Positions 19,254-28,445 of a stretch of DNA of 64,000 bases are shown here, piece after piece. Source of the stretch: Bacteriovoracia bacterium (GTDB taxonomy: Bacteria; Bdellovibrionota; UBA1018; JBFWNL01); the NCBI GenBank assembly GCA_050251055.1, contig JBFWNL010000001.1, forward strand, positions 395,825 through 459,824, given 5' to 3'. The number at the start of each line of letters is the position of its first letter. Position 1 is the stretch's first letter. Under the pieces are notes generated by a model that saw only the letters and a list, made by a program, of their open reading frames with translations, was not told the origin of the DNA and did not search any database. The position numbers and the translations under genes are program-made.

Positions 19254-19683
19254 ACTTTGGATCGATTTCGAAAGTTTCCCGGCCGGGATCGGCCTGGCTC
19301 GGCGCGAAGCGCGCGTTGAACTTAGCCGACGAATATTGGGCTTCGAGTTCCGGGTCAAGCGCCCCGACACAGCGAATCTTTCCCCGCACCTCGGACTTGC
19401 CTTCGCCCGATCCGTACGGTCCTTCTAAAATGCGGTAGCCGGACTTGTGCCGGGAACGACAGATCTCGAACGCCCCGTGCTTGAAGGAGTGCAGGTAAAG
19501 CGAACGCACGTCGTACGTGTCAATACCCTCCGGTCCCTTCGCGCCTTCCGCGACCTTCGCGAAGCTCCCTTTCAACGTGCCCAAGGTGGCGCAGGCGTGC
19601 AGGACGAACACGAAGATCCCCGCGCATAGCGCGATCACGGCTCCACTCTGCATCGACTTGAACTTGCTTACGGACTTTTCCAT
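19252..19683 (-). CDS. Hypothetical lipoprotein
   Basis: Hydrophobic stretch ending in LHAC; G-rich RBS; last gene of the hflX run. Confidence 0.65.
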   Translation of the reverse strand: MEKSVSKFKSMQSGAVIALCAGIFVFVLHACATLGTLKGSFAKVAEGAKGPEGIDTYDVRSLYLHSFKHGAFEICRSRHKSGYRILEGPYGSGEGKSEVRGKIRCVGALDPELEAQYSSAKFNARFAPSQADPGRETFEIDPK

Positions 19684-19695
19684 GCCCCCGCCTTT

Positions 19696-21699
19696 CTATT
19701 GAACGCGGATCGACCCCGACTGCACGGTCTTTCCGGAGACCCATTTCAAACTCAGCTCGTCGCCCCGGCTCCCGGCCAGGTAGCGCTCGACTTCCCAAAG
19801 ATCCAGGTCCTCGGATGGCTGGCCGTTGATCTCGGAAATCACCAGATCCCGGCGCAGACCCCGCTTACGAAGTTCGTCGGCCGGGGTTCCCGGTTGGATC
19901 CCGACTACCTTCAGCACCCGCTCGCCGTCTTTCTGCCACACGAAATCCAGCACCAGACCGGTGCGGTTGGCCGCCACGCTCTGGCCCAACGCCTGATCGG
20001 GGAACCAGATACGTCCGTGCGAAAGATCCAAAGTGTACCCGCCTCGGTCCAAGAGGTCCAAGCCGACGGTCGCGGCGGGAAGCTTACTCGTGAGCTCGGA
20101 GCTGAACCCGGCCGGAGCGCGCGCCGCGATCTTACGCGCGCCACAGAAAAGATCCCAATCCTTTTGGCCCCCAATCGCCGATCGCCAGGGCGAATGAATA
20201 GTGAGCGCGGCATCCCGGCCGGTGTCCCACTCCACCCCCGTCAGGCGTTGGTGCTTCCCCACCGCCTGGCATGCGCTGACCATGCGGCCATCGTCGGTGA
20301 GGGCCACCTCCACCCAGGGCTGGGAACCGCGATGAAAACCGTCCCGCTGCCAAAGCTTCACGTGTACCGGGGCCTCCGGGCTGAACTCGACCGCGTAATG
20401 CCGCAGGAACTCGCGGCCGAGCACGCCATCGCAACAGCGGGCAAAATTCTTAGGGGGGCCGAAGAGGTCCGTCTTGGTCATCCACCACTCCCGCAAGGGC
20501 AAAGACTGGCCGCTCGCACGCACGCCCGGTAAAATGATGGGGCGGGCGAGCGCGGTGCCGCCCAGCCAGCGGATGTCTTCGGGAGCGCGGTCCTTGATCT
20601 CGAGCAGGCTCGCGAACACGCCTTGCGCCTCAAAAAATTCGGGTGAGATCAGATTCTTCTCGGTTCCCGTATCGATTAAAAACTGGCCCGTGAACTTCTT
20701 CAGGCCGATTTCCAAGGTAAGCCTAACGGAATAGTAGCCGTTCCATCGGCGCGCGGGCATGCGCGCGAGCGGCTTCTCCGGGGTCACGCCCGTCGTGGGC
20801 TCCATCAGGGACTCCCACGCCACGTTGTTCAGGCACGCACCGGACTTTTGGGAAGCGGCTTTGGCCGCGCGCTCATAAAAAGCGAACTCTTCTCGCTGGG
20901 CGCGGCTGTGGATCCCCACCGACCAGTCGCGATCCAACGCCTGAATCCAGCGTTCAAAGACACGTTTGCCCTGCTCACGGGCCAGCTCCGCGCTCTTCTC
21001 CGAAACCCGGTCCAGCTGATTGGCCAACGCCGGCTTCTTCTTCTCCACCCAAGCCAGCCAGTCCTTCACGGCGAAGTCGGCCGCCGCGCGCGTGCCTTCC
21101 CGGGTCGAGAACCAGCTCTGGCGCTTGCCGCACGGAAAACGATCCGGGCTCTGGTAGCTCGGCCCCTCGCCCCGTAGGTGGATCACGGTTTGCGCAACGA
21201 GGCCATGGGAGCGCACGCCGAACTTGACCTCGGATGAATCGCCGGCGGCGGTCGCACCGATCGGGGCCGCCTCGAGGCGCAGCACTTCCAAGCTGCGCTC
21301 GATCGCCCAGCGCCGGCGATGCGGATTGATCTCCCGGGGTTCCAGTCGCCAAACGGTTTCCGTGGTCAGTGGCGTTGACGAAACTTCCACCGTACTTTGT
21401 ACGCCCAACTCGCCCGAGGGATTTTCCTCGGATTCGAGCGGCGGGGTAACGAGCGCGTTCGCCGCGGGGGCCTGGAGAGTGCCGGTCACGACATTGGCCG
21501 GCGTTACGGGGGCAGGCCGCGAATCCGGCGCAGAGGAAGCCGCGGGCGCCGGAATAAAGGTCGCCGGCTCGTCGCCGAGAAACTGGATGGCCCCTTCCTG
21601 GTCAGATGCCGCGCGGGCGGAAGCCACCGTAACGGCCGCTACGACAAACACTCCGCAAAGCACCCGACGATCAATTGTCCGATGATCGATCTTTCTCAT
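19696..21699 (-). CDS. Secreted retropepsin-like aspartyl protease (two DTG domains) with C-terminal PDZ
   Basis: QFLIDTGT, DGVLGREFL, EWDTGR, VGLDLL; PDZ VVGIQPGTPADE...ISEING. Confidence 0.75.
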   Translation of the reverse strand: MRKIDHRTIDRRVLCGVFVVAAVTVASARAASDQEGAIQFLGDEPATFIPAPAASSAPDSRPAPVTPANVVTGTLQAPAANALVTPPLESEENPSGELGVQSTVEVSSTPLTTETVWRLEPREINPHRRRWAIERSLEVLRLEAAPIGATAAGDSSEVKFGVRSHGLVAQTVIHLRGEGPSYQSPDRFPCGKRQSWFSTREGTRAAADFAVKDWLAWVEKKKPALANQLDRVSEKSAELAREQGKRVFERWIQALDRDWSVGIHSRAQREEFAFYERAAKAASQKSGACLNNVAWESLMEPTTGVTPEKPLARMPARRWNGYYSVRLTLEIGLKKFTGQFLIDTGTEKNLISPEFFEAQGVFASLLEIKDRAPEDIRWLGGTALARPIILPGVRASGQSLPLREWWMTKTDLFGPPKNFARCCDGVLGREFLRHYAVEFSPEAPVHVKLWQRDGFHRGSQPWVEVALTDDGRMVSACQAVGKHQRLTGVEWDTGRDAALTIHSPWRSAIGGQKDWDLFCGARKIAARAPAGFSSELTSKLPAATVGLDLLDRGGYTLDLSHGRIWFPDQALGQSVAANRTGLVLDFVWQKDGERVLKVVGIQPGTPADELRKRGLRRDLVISEINGQPSEDLDLWEVERYLAGSRGDELSLKWVSGKTVQSGSIRVQ

Positions 21700-22961
21700 A
21701 ACTTGTATTTGCCGAGCTCCAGCTTATTCGCCCACCCCGTATGGATCCGCACGCGGTAGAAAGTCCCTTTTTCCAGATAACGCACCGTTTCGATGCTACC
21801 GTAGGTATGGAGCTGAGACTCGAGCTTTCCCTGATCATAGGGTACCACGATATCCCAAACTTCGAGTTGGTTTCGAAAGTGGTTGAGGATCATATCGCGG
21901 AGCTCGCGAACTTCCTCAAGATTCAGCGCCGACAATCGCTTGGCGCCCGGAACCACCAAACGCGCCCGATTCAAACCGGAAGATCCGTCCTTCACTTGGT
22001 CGATCTTATTGAGCACGGTGATGCGATCCTTGCCATCCAGTTCGAGCTCTTTCAGTACCTGCTCAGTGGTCTCGACCTGCTCGCGCGCGCGAATCGCGGA
22101 GGCGTCCACGACATGCACCAGCAAATCGGCTTGATAGAGCTCTTCCAGCGTCGAGCGGAAAGACGCGATGAGCGAGGTCGGGATGTTGCTGATGAAGCCC
22201 ACGGTGTCGATCGCCACCACGGGTGGGTGACTGTCCGGGTCGAGCGCGCGCACGGAAGCATCCAAAGTCGCGAACAGCTTGTCTTCGGCAAGCACGCGAC
22301 TATGCGTTAGGGCGTTGAGCAAGGTCGACTTACCGGCGTTGGTATAGCCCACGAGCGCGACCTTTAAGATATCCGCCCGCCCCGCCCGTTGGACGTTGCG
22401 CTCTTTCTCGATGTCCGAAAGCCGGCGCCGCAAAAGCGTCATGCGCTTCTCGAGCAGTCGCCGATCGACTTCGAGCTGCTTCTCGCCCATCCCCTTTTGC
22501 CCGATCCCGCCGCGCTGACGCTCGAAGTGGGTCCAAAAGTGGGTCAAGCGCGGCATGAGGTATTGCAGCCGCGCGAGTTCGACCTGGGTCTTTGCCTCCT
22601 TGGTCCGCGCGTGGCGGGAGAAAATCTCAATAATGACGCCCGCGCGATCGAGAACCCGTTTTTTCAAGATCTTTTCCAAGTTGTGCATTTGCTTGGGGGA
22701 AAGATCGGTGTCGAAAATTACGGCCTCGGCAAGAAACGCTTCGCCGAGTGCCTTCACCTCGTCCACCTTGCCTTTACCGATATAGGTGGCCGGGGAAATC
22801 TTCTTGAGGGGCGCCACGACTTGCTTGGCCTCTTCCAGCTCGAGCGTGGTGAGCAAACTCTGCATCTCTTCGAGACTGCCAGCGTCGAAACCGACCGTGA
22901 GAACCTTCAGTTTCTCGCCGGCACGAGTCGCGGGTAATAGTGAATCGGAGACTTCCAGCAT
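21696..22961 (-). CDS. hflX: GTPase HflX
   Basis: ATYIGKGK, GEKQLEVDRR, GYTNAGKS, LFATLD, DTVGFI, NKID. Confidence 0.97.
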   Translation of the reverse strand: MLEVSDSLLPATRAGEKLKVLTVGFDAGSLEEMQSLLTTLELEEAKQVVAPLKKISPATYIGKGKVDEVKALGEAFLAEAVIFDTDLSPKQMHNLEKILKKRVLDRAGVIIEIFSRHARTKEAKTQVELARLQYLMPRLTHFWTHFERQRGGIGQKGMGEKQLEVDRRLLEKRMTLLRRRLSDIEKERNVQRAGRADILKVALVGYTNAGKSTLLNALTHSRVLAEDKLFATLDASVRALDPDSHPPVVAIDTVGFISNIPTSLIASFRSTLEELYQADLLVHVVDASAIRAREQVETTEQVLKELELDGKDRITVLNKIDQVKDGSSGLNRARLVVPGAKRLSALNLEEVRELRDMILNHFRNQLEVWDIVVPYDQGKLESQLHTYGSIETVRYLEKGTFYRVRIHTGWANKLELGKYKL

Positions 22962-22969
22962 GAGCGACC

Positions 22970-22998
22970 ATCTTAGAAACCAAAAAGGAGCCAGGCAA
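22970..22998 (-). promoter_or_regulatory. sigma70 promoter TTGCCT-N17-TAAGAT, 8 nt before hflX ATG
   Basis: Read directly; no SD. Confidence 0.55.
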
Positions 22999-23030
22999 CG
23001 CGAATTATTATTCGGACTCGCCGGATTTGC

Positions 23031-23130
23031 GGCCGCCTTTTAGTTTTTTTGATATGCGATAGGTCAAAAAACAGTTATCAATTCAATGAAAAGGCCCCAG
23101 TGAACAACGCATCGCGTATCAAAAGCGGCC
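23031..23130 (+). repeat. Interrupted inverted repeat / structured leader upstream of the aminotransferase
   Basis: GGCCGC...TTTTGATATGCGAT pairs with ATCGCGTATCAAAAGCGGCC. Confidence 0.5.
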
Positions 23131-23142
23131 TGACTTCTTTTT

Positions 23143-24027
23143 ATGCTGGTGAATATCAACGGTCACATCACAGAAGCGGCGCAAGCGAAGATTCAAATCT
23201 TTGACCGAGGCTTTTTATACGGCGATAGCCTCTACGAAGTCATGCGTACGCAGAACGGGAAACTCTTCCAAGCGACCGAACATCTCCGACGTTTGGCCAT
23301 CTCCGCCCAGCTCTGCCGCATGACATTAAACCAGACGAACGAGGAGTATGTTCGGGAGATGAACAAGACCCTCGAAGCGTTCCACCGCCTGCCTGGCATG
23401 GCGCGCGCCGAAGCCTACGTGCGCCTCATCGTCACGCGCGGCGTGGGAGAAATCGGATTCGGCCTGAAATCCGTGAAGACGCCATCGCAGTTTGTAATCA
23501 TCGTGAAAGCCCAAGCTCCCCTCACCGACGCCGACTTCGAGCGTGGACTCACCCTGCAGGTTTCCCAACGACTTCGCAACGACCGGCGCGCGCTGGATCC
23601 AGCTATGAAATCGGGCAACTATCTCAATAGCTTGCTCGCGTTTCTAGAAGCCGAAGCAGAAGGTTATAATGATTCGCTGATGGCCAACGCCGAAGGCCAT
23701 TTGACCGAAGGCACGACCTTCAACATCTTCTACGTAAACCGGGGCATCATCGCCACCCCACCGCTCGACATCGGCATACTCGACGGGATCACCCGCCTGG
23801 ACTTAATCCGGGTGGCAAAAAAGCTAGATATTCCCGTGCGCGAAGTGCGCTTCCCTAAAGCAAGACTTTACGAAGCGGACGAAGTTTTCATCTCCAGCAC
23901 CCTGCGCGGAGCCTTCCCCGTCGTTCGGGTCGATAAACACCCCATCGGCCGGGGAGCGCTGGCCGGAAAACCCGGTCCCGTCACCCGGCGCCTTTCGGAA
24001 GCCTACCGCCAGTTCTCCGGCACCTGA
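23143..24027 (+). CDS. PLP-dependent class IV aminotransferase (IlvE/Dat/PabC family)
   Basis: DRGFLYGDSLYEV, KSGNYL, EGTTFNIF, ILDGITR, ADEVFISST. Confidence 0.93.
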   Translation: MLVNINGHITEAAQAKIQIFDRGFLYGDSLYEVMRTQNGKLFQATEHLRRLAISAQLCRMTLNQTNEEYVREMNKTLEAFHRLPGMARAEAYVRLIVTRGVGEIGFGLKSVKTPSQFVIIVKAQAPLTDADFERGLTLQVSQRLRNDRRALDPAMKSGNYLNSLLAFLEAEAEGYNDSLMANAEGHLTEGTTFNIFYVNRGIIATPPLDIGILDGITRLDLIRVAKKLDIPVREVRFPKARLYEADEVFISSTLRGAFPVVRVDKHPIGRGALAGKPGPVTRRLSEAYRQFSGT

Positions 24028-24049
24028 AGGATCAAGGAACCGTCGACCC

Positions 24050-24889
24050 ATGCCTACCCCGAAGCCCTCTCCCGCCCATGACCGTCTGACCCGCGATCTC
24101 GAGAAGACCGCAATCACCGCCGCCCGGGCCGCGGGTGAAGTCCTCATGCGCTACTTCCGCAAAAACCTGCAAGTGCGTGAAAAGCGGGGTGCGGGCCTAG
24201 TGACCCAAGCCGACCTTCAAGCCGAGCGCACGGCGCTAAAAATCCTACTGAAGCAGACTCCCCGCTTCGGCGTGACCGCCGAGGAAAGCGCGAACCGCGA
24301 CTCCAGCCCCGCCGTCAACGAGCCGGAAGGGCGCTGGTACATCGACCCGCTCGATGGCACGACCAACTTCGTGCATGGGTTTCCATTTTTCTGCGTTTCA
24401 ATTGGTGCCGCCATCGAAGGCGAGCTTGCCGTCGGCGTGATCTACCACCCCACCTTCAACGACCTCTACACTGCCCGTCGCGGCCACGGAGCCTTCCTTA
24501 ACGGGAAACGCATTCACGTCTCCCGCACGCGCAAGCTGCACGACTCGCTGCTCACTACCGGCTTCACCTACCGAAAGGACGCATGGCTAAAGAGGGAGAT
24601 GGTCGCCTTTGAGCGCCTCAGTGGAATCGTACGTGCGATTCGACGCCCCGGGAGCGCTGCCTTGGACCTGGCTTACGTCGCCCGCGGCGTTTTCGATGGA
24701 TTCTGGGAGCGCCGCCTCTCCCCTTGGGACGTCGCGGCCGGAGCGTTACTCGTGGAAGAAGCCGGGGGCCGCGTCACCGACTTCCGCGCGCGCGCCTTCC
24801 GTCCCGAACAACCTGAGATCTTGGCTTCGAACTCCGTCCTCCACCGCGCCATGCTACGGGAGATTACGGCGCCCTCACTCCGTCAATAG
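24050..24889 (+). CDS. suhB: Inositol monophosphatase family protein
   Basis: VTQAD, WYIDPLDGTTNF, GSAALDL, PWDVAAG. Confidence 0.9.
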   Translation: MPTPKPSPAHDRLTRDLEKTAITAARAAGEVLMRYFRKNLQVREKRGAGLVTQADLQAERTALKILLKQTPRFGVTAEESANRDSSPAVNEPEGRWYIDPLDGTTNFVHGFPFFCVSIGAAIEGELAVGVIYHPTFNDLYTARRGHGAFLNGKRIHVSRTRKLHDSLLTTGFTYRKDAWLKREMVAFERLSGIVRAIRRPGSAALDLAYVARGVFDGFWERRLSPWDVAAGALLVEEAGGRVTDFRARAFRPEQPEILASNSVLHRAMLREITAPSLRQ

Positions 24890-24913
24890 ATTGCCAACGA
24901 TCGGCATTGGCGG

Positions 24914-24943
24914 TTGACAGGGACGTACCGGCATTTTTAGACT
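24914..24943 (+). promoter_or_regulatory. sigma70 promoter TTGACA-N18-TAGACT
   Basis: Perfect -35; AAGGAGG SD downstream before 24975. Confidence 0.65.
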
Positions 24944-24974
24944 AGTAGATAGGAACCCAAGGAGGGGTACCGGC

Positions 24975-26024
24975 ATGACCCAAGCTGCGAATTCCAATTC
25001 CTGGATCTACGTTTACTCCCAATTTACGAAGGAGCTCATGACCTTTCAGATCCTGGCGATCTGCGTGCTCTGCGCGATTTACGCCGGCTTCTGGATCATC
25101 AAGAAACGCCGGCTCGGCGTGGCGGGAGAGCTCATCCCCTCGGGATTCGTAAAGAACTACCTGAACGTGCTCATCCAAGACGCGAACATGGTTCGCACCC
25201 AGCTATTCGGCCTGCTCGGCGAAGCGGGAGTGGGTGATCTCAGCAAGATCCAAATCAATCTGACCGCGCCCGCGGGCGGGGCCGCCGTGAGCGACCCAAG
25301 CCTTGCCGCGCGACTCGCCGAACTCGAAGGCAAACTCAATACCCAGAACCAAGCGATGTCTGCGCTCGAAGCCCAGAAGAAACAGATCGAAGCCGAACTC
25401 GCCGCCGCGCGGGCCAACGTGGGAAGCGGAGGCGGCGGAGGTGGTGGTGGCGACACGTCTGGCTTGCAGAAAAAAATCAAGGAACTCGAAGCGAAGCTTG
25501 CCGAGTACAGCGTCATTGAAGATGACCTGGCGAACCTGAAGCGCCTGCAGCAGGAAAACGCCCAGCTGAAAGAACAGCTCGCCGGCAAGGGCGGCGCAGC
25601 CCCAGCGGCGCCTACGGCAACCGCGCCTGCGGCGACCGCCACGGGAGCGACTGCGGCGGCGGTGGCCGCAGCCAGTGACGCCGCCGCTCCGGTTGAAACG
25701 ATCAATCTCACGCCCCCAGCCGAGCTTGCGCCTACGCCCGCGCCGGAAAAAACCGATAGCGTGGCCGAGATCGCGAAGGAACCGGCGGCTCCGGCCGCAT
25801 TCGAAGGACTGGTCGATCAGGTGGAGCAGAGCCTAAAAGAACCCACCGCTGTGGCGCCGACCCCGGAACCCGCCCCGGAGGCCGCGGCCGCTCCCGCCGC
25901 GGATCCCGCGGCGGCCGTCGTGGCAAACCCTGAAGCCAAACCCGGAGAAGCCGGCGCTTTGGAGAACGTAGGAAAATCGGATGAAGACCTTCTCTCTGAA
26001 TTTGAAAAAATGCTTAATATGTAA
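24975..26024 (+). CDS. Membrane-anchored coiled-coil protein with Ala/Pro-rich disordered tail
   Basis: One N-terminal TM, two coiled coils split by poly-Gly, acidic C-terminal helix. Confidence 0.8.
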   Translation: MTQAANSNSWIYVYSQFTKELMTFQILAICVLCAIYAGFWIIKKRRLGVAGELIPSGFVKNYLNVLIQDANMVRTQLFGLLGEAGVGDLSKIQINLTAPAGGAAVSDPSLAARLAELEGKLNTQNQAMSALEAQKKQIEAELAAARANVGSGGGGGGGGDTSGLQKKIKELEAKLAEYSVIEDDLANLKRLQQENAQLKEQLAGKGGAAPAAPTATAPAATATGATAAAVAAASDAAAPVETINLTPPAELAPTPAPEKTDSVAEIAKEPAAPAAFEGLVDQVEQSLKEPTAVAPTPEPAPEAAAAPAADPAAAVVANPEAKPGEAGALENVGKSDEDLLSEFEKMLNM

Positions 26025-26805
26025 CGTCTCGTTTAACGCCTCATTGGCCGCGGCCCTCCTCTGGATCGCGGCCACGGGCCCCGCGCAGGCCAGCAAGATC
26101 CCCGACTCCGAAGAGCCCATCCACGCGATGCTCGTGCGCGATCTCAAAACCCGCAACGCCGAGTCCTCATTCAAAGACCTCGTCGCCGAGTGGGAATACC
26201 AGTACGGCCCCAAGGCCGTCGCGCCGCTGATCAAGATCTCCTCCGATCAAAAACAAGACGACACCCATCGCTACATCGCGCTGATGGCGGCGGCCCGCCT
26301 GGGCGGTGACGGCGCGGCGCCCCTGATCGAACCCTTCCTCACGGATCGTCTCTGGATGTTGCGCACGGCTGCAATTCGCACCCTCTCGGGTCTGTCCCGT
26401 AATCGCGAAGTTTCGAAGAAAATCGTCCAGGCTCTGCGAGATAAAGCACTCGTCGTGCGCTCCGAGGCCGTCCAGGCGGTCGAGCGTATCTACCCCAAGG
26501 GAGATCGCGAAGCGATCGCCGCGCTGATGGAAACCGTGCGCGACTCCTCGAACTACCACCGCGGCAAGGCGCAGTGGGTGCCACAGAAAGCGGTGGAAGC
26601 CCTCGTCCGACTCGCCGACGGCAAACAAAACCAGCAAATCGCCCGCTCGTTGATGGATTCCCTGGGCCAAGTGAAAGGCTTGAAAGATCCGGCCCTGGAG
26701 AAAAAAGTGCTGCTCGCGCTCACCGATCTCACCGGAAAAAATCTAGCCTCCGGCGCGAGCCTCCCGCAGCAGATGCGGGCTTGGAAGATCGCGCTCGCGA
26801 AATAG
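25981..26805 (+). CDS. Exported HEAT-repeat protein
   Basis: Signal peptide ending AQA; LTDRLWMLRTAAIRTL, LRDKALVVRSEAVQAV. Confidence 0.75.
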   Translation: MKTFSLNLKKCLICNVSFNASLAAALLWIAATGPAQASKIPDSEEPIHAMLVRDLKTRNAESSFKDLVAEWEYQYGPKAVAPLIKISSDQKQDDTHRYIALMAAARLGGDGAAPLIEPFLTDRLWMLRTAAIRTLSGLSRNREVSKKIVQALRDKALVVRSEAVQAVERIYPKGDREAIAALMETVRDSSNYHRGKAQWVPQKAVEALVRLADGKQNQQIARSLMDSLGQVKGLKDPALEKKVLLALTDLTGKNLASGASLPQQMRAWKIALAK

Positions 26806-26820
26806 CGGCTTAAGCTCGGG

Positions 26821-27396
26821 TTATTTCGGCTCGGTCCCGAAGGCCTTCTGGGCACGCTGCTCTTCCAGCGCCGCCAGCTCCATCCGGATCTGGATAATTC
26901 GCCCGATACGATAAAGCAGGGTGTTTTCGTCCACCGAATCGGAAACGACCGGCCGCCAGCCCTCGAGCACATCGCTCTGGACGAGCTGCTCTTTCAGCAC
27001 GGTCACCTTCACGGAGTTCGTGCCGTTGTAGTATCCCTTCGCCACCGTGACCGACACGCGATATTGGGCCTTCAGATAGGCTTTCGAAGGTCCAAAGGAC
27101 TCCACCAAATTACGCACGGCCGTATTATCCACGTATTTCGTGCGGATAAAGCCGGCCTCCCGATCAGTGATCTCGAGCGGGCTGCGCTTGAGCGCATCGA
27201 GCGCGGACTGCCAAGCGACATTGAATTCGGTCAGGAAGATGCGCGAAAAGATTTGTTCGGTGTCACCGCCCACGCTCTTGCGGTAGGCATTCATGCAGCC
27301 CGACATCGACACCGTCACGAAGAGCGCCATCACCCCGCGAGTGACGTTGGCCGCGAACCTTCGGGATGCCTTCGACTGATCCGTCCCACCCTTCAT
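26821..27396 (-). CDS. Lipoprotein, possibly BamC-like helix-grip fold
   Basis: Lipobox MSGC; FNVAWQSALDAL...DREAGFIRT pattern. Confidence 0.6.
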   Translation of the reverse strand: MKGGTDQSKASRRFAANVTRGVMALFVTVSMSGCMNAYRKSVGGDTEQIFSRIFLTEFNVAWQSALDALKRSPLEITDREAGFIRTKYVDNTAVRNLVESFGPSKAYLKAQYRVSVTVAKGYYNGTNSVKVTVLKEQLVQSDVLEGWRPVVSDSVDENTLLYRIGRIIQIRMELAALEEQRAQKAFGTEPK

Positions 27397-27403
27397 TCGT
27401 CAC

Positions 27404-27455
27404 ATTTTCCCTGGATTTGTCGGGACTTGCAAGACAATACCGGGTGTGCCAAAAC
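27404..27455. promoter_or_regulatory. Bidirectional promoter sharing the palindromic -35 TTGCAA
   Basis: TTGCAA at 27427-27432; 17 nt to GAAAAT (minus) and 17 nt to CAAAAC (plus). Confidence 0.45.
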
Positions 27456-27461
27456 GAAGGA

Positions 27462-28445
27462 ATGGAGATTTCCAAGGAGATCGAACGGGTGCTCAACCTC
27501 GAGGCGCAAGCCCTTCTGGACTGTGCTCGTCGCTTCACGCAGGAACCCCAACGCGGACAGGTGGAAAAAGCCGTGCGTTGCCTCGAAGAGTCGCTCACGG
27601 GCGGAGGCAAGATCATCCTGACCGGCGTGGGCAAGTCCGGCAAAATCGCGCAAAAGATCGCGGCCACGCTTTCGAGCACGGGTAGCCTCGCCGTCTTCCT
27701 TCATCCCACCGAGGGCTTACACGGAGATTTGGGCGTCGCGCGCGCGGGGGACGTCGTGCTCGCGCTCAGCAACACCGGCAATACGGAAGAAATCCTGCGG
27801 CTACTTCCCAGCTTCCGTCAGCTTCAAATCAAAGTCATCGGATTGGGCGGCAACGCGAAGTCCAAGCTCGCCGAAAAATGCGACCATTGGATCGATGCCG
27901 CCGTTACGCAGGAAGCCTGCCCACATAACCTCGCGCCCACGACCAGCACCACGCTCGCCATGGCCGTGGGCGATGCGATCGCCGTCACGCTGATGCAGCT
28001 GCGGGGTTTTGATGCCGCGGCCTTCGCCCGCACGCATCCTGGCGGGAGCCTCGGGCGCCGCCTGCAGCTGAACGTTTCCGACCTCATGCATACGGGCCCG
28101 CAGGTGGCCACCGTTTCGCCGCAAGCGACCATCGAAGAGGTGCTAGTCCAATCGACGGAGAAAAAACTCGGTGGGGTTCTCGTCGTCGAAGGTGGCAAGC
28201 TCGTGGGCATCGTTACCGACGGAGACATTCGTCGCGCGCTTAAGCATCGCGAAAAATTTTTCGGCCTAAAAGCCACCGATGTCATGACCCGAAATCCCAT
28301 CACCATCACGCCGGAGCGCTCAGCGCTCGACGCCTTGGAGATGATGGAGGGACGCGCGAGCCAAATCAGCGTGCTCCCCGTGGTCGACGAGCAAAAAAAC
28401 TGGAAAGGTCTGATCCGCTTGCACGACGTGGTGGGGAACTCCTGA
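27462..28445 (+). CDS. kdsD: Arabinose-5-phosphate isomerase (KpsF/GutQ, SIS plus 2 CBS)
   Basis: GVGKSGKIA, HPTEGLHGDLG, EACPHNLAPTTST, HPGGSLG, CBS pair. Confidence 0.93.
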   Translation: MEISKEIERVLNLEAQALLDCARRFTQEPQRGQVEKAVRCLEESLTGGGKIILTGVGKSGKIAQKIAATLSSTGSLAVFLHPTEGLHGDLGVARAGDVVLALSNTGNTEEILRLLPSFRQLQIKVIGLGGNAKSKLAEKCDHWIDAAVTQEACPHNLAPTTSTTLAMAVGDAIAVTLMQLRGFDAAAFARTHPGGSLGRRLQLNVSDLMHTGPQVATVSPQATIEEVLVQSTEKKLGGVLVVEGGKLVGIVTDGDIRRALKHREKFFGLKATDVMTRNPITITPERSALDALEMMEGRASQISVLPVVDEQKNWKGLIRLHDVVGNS

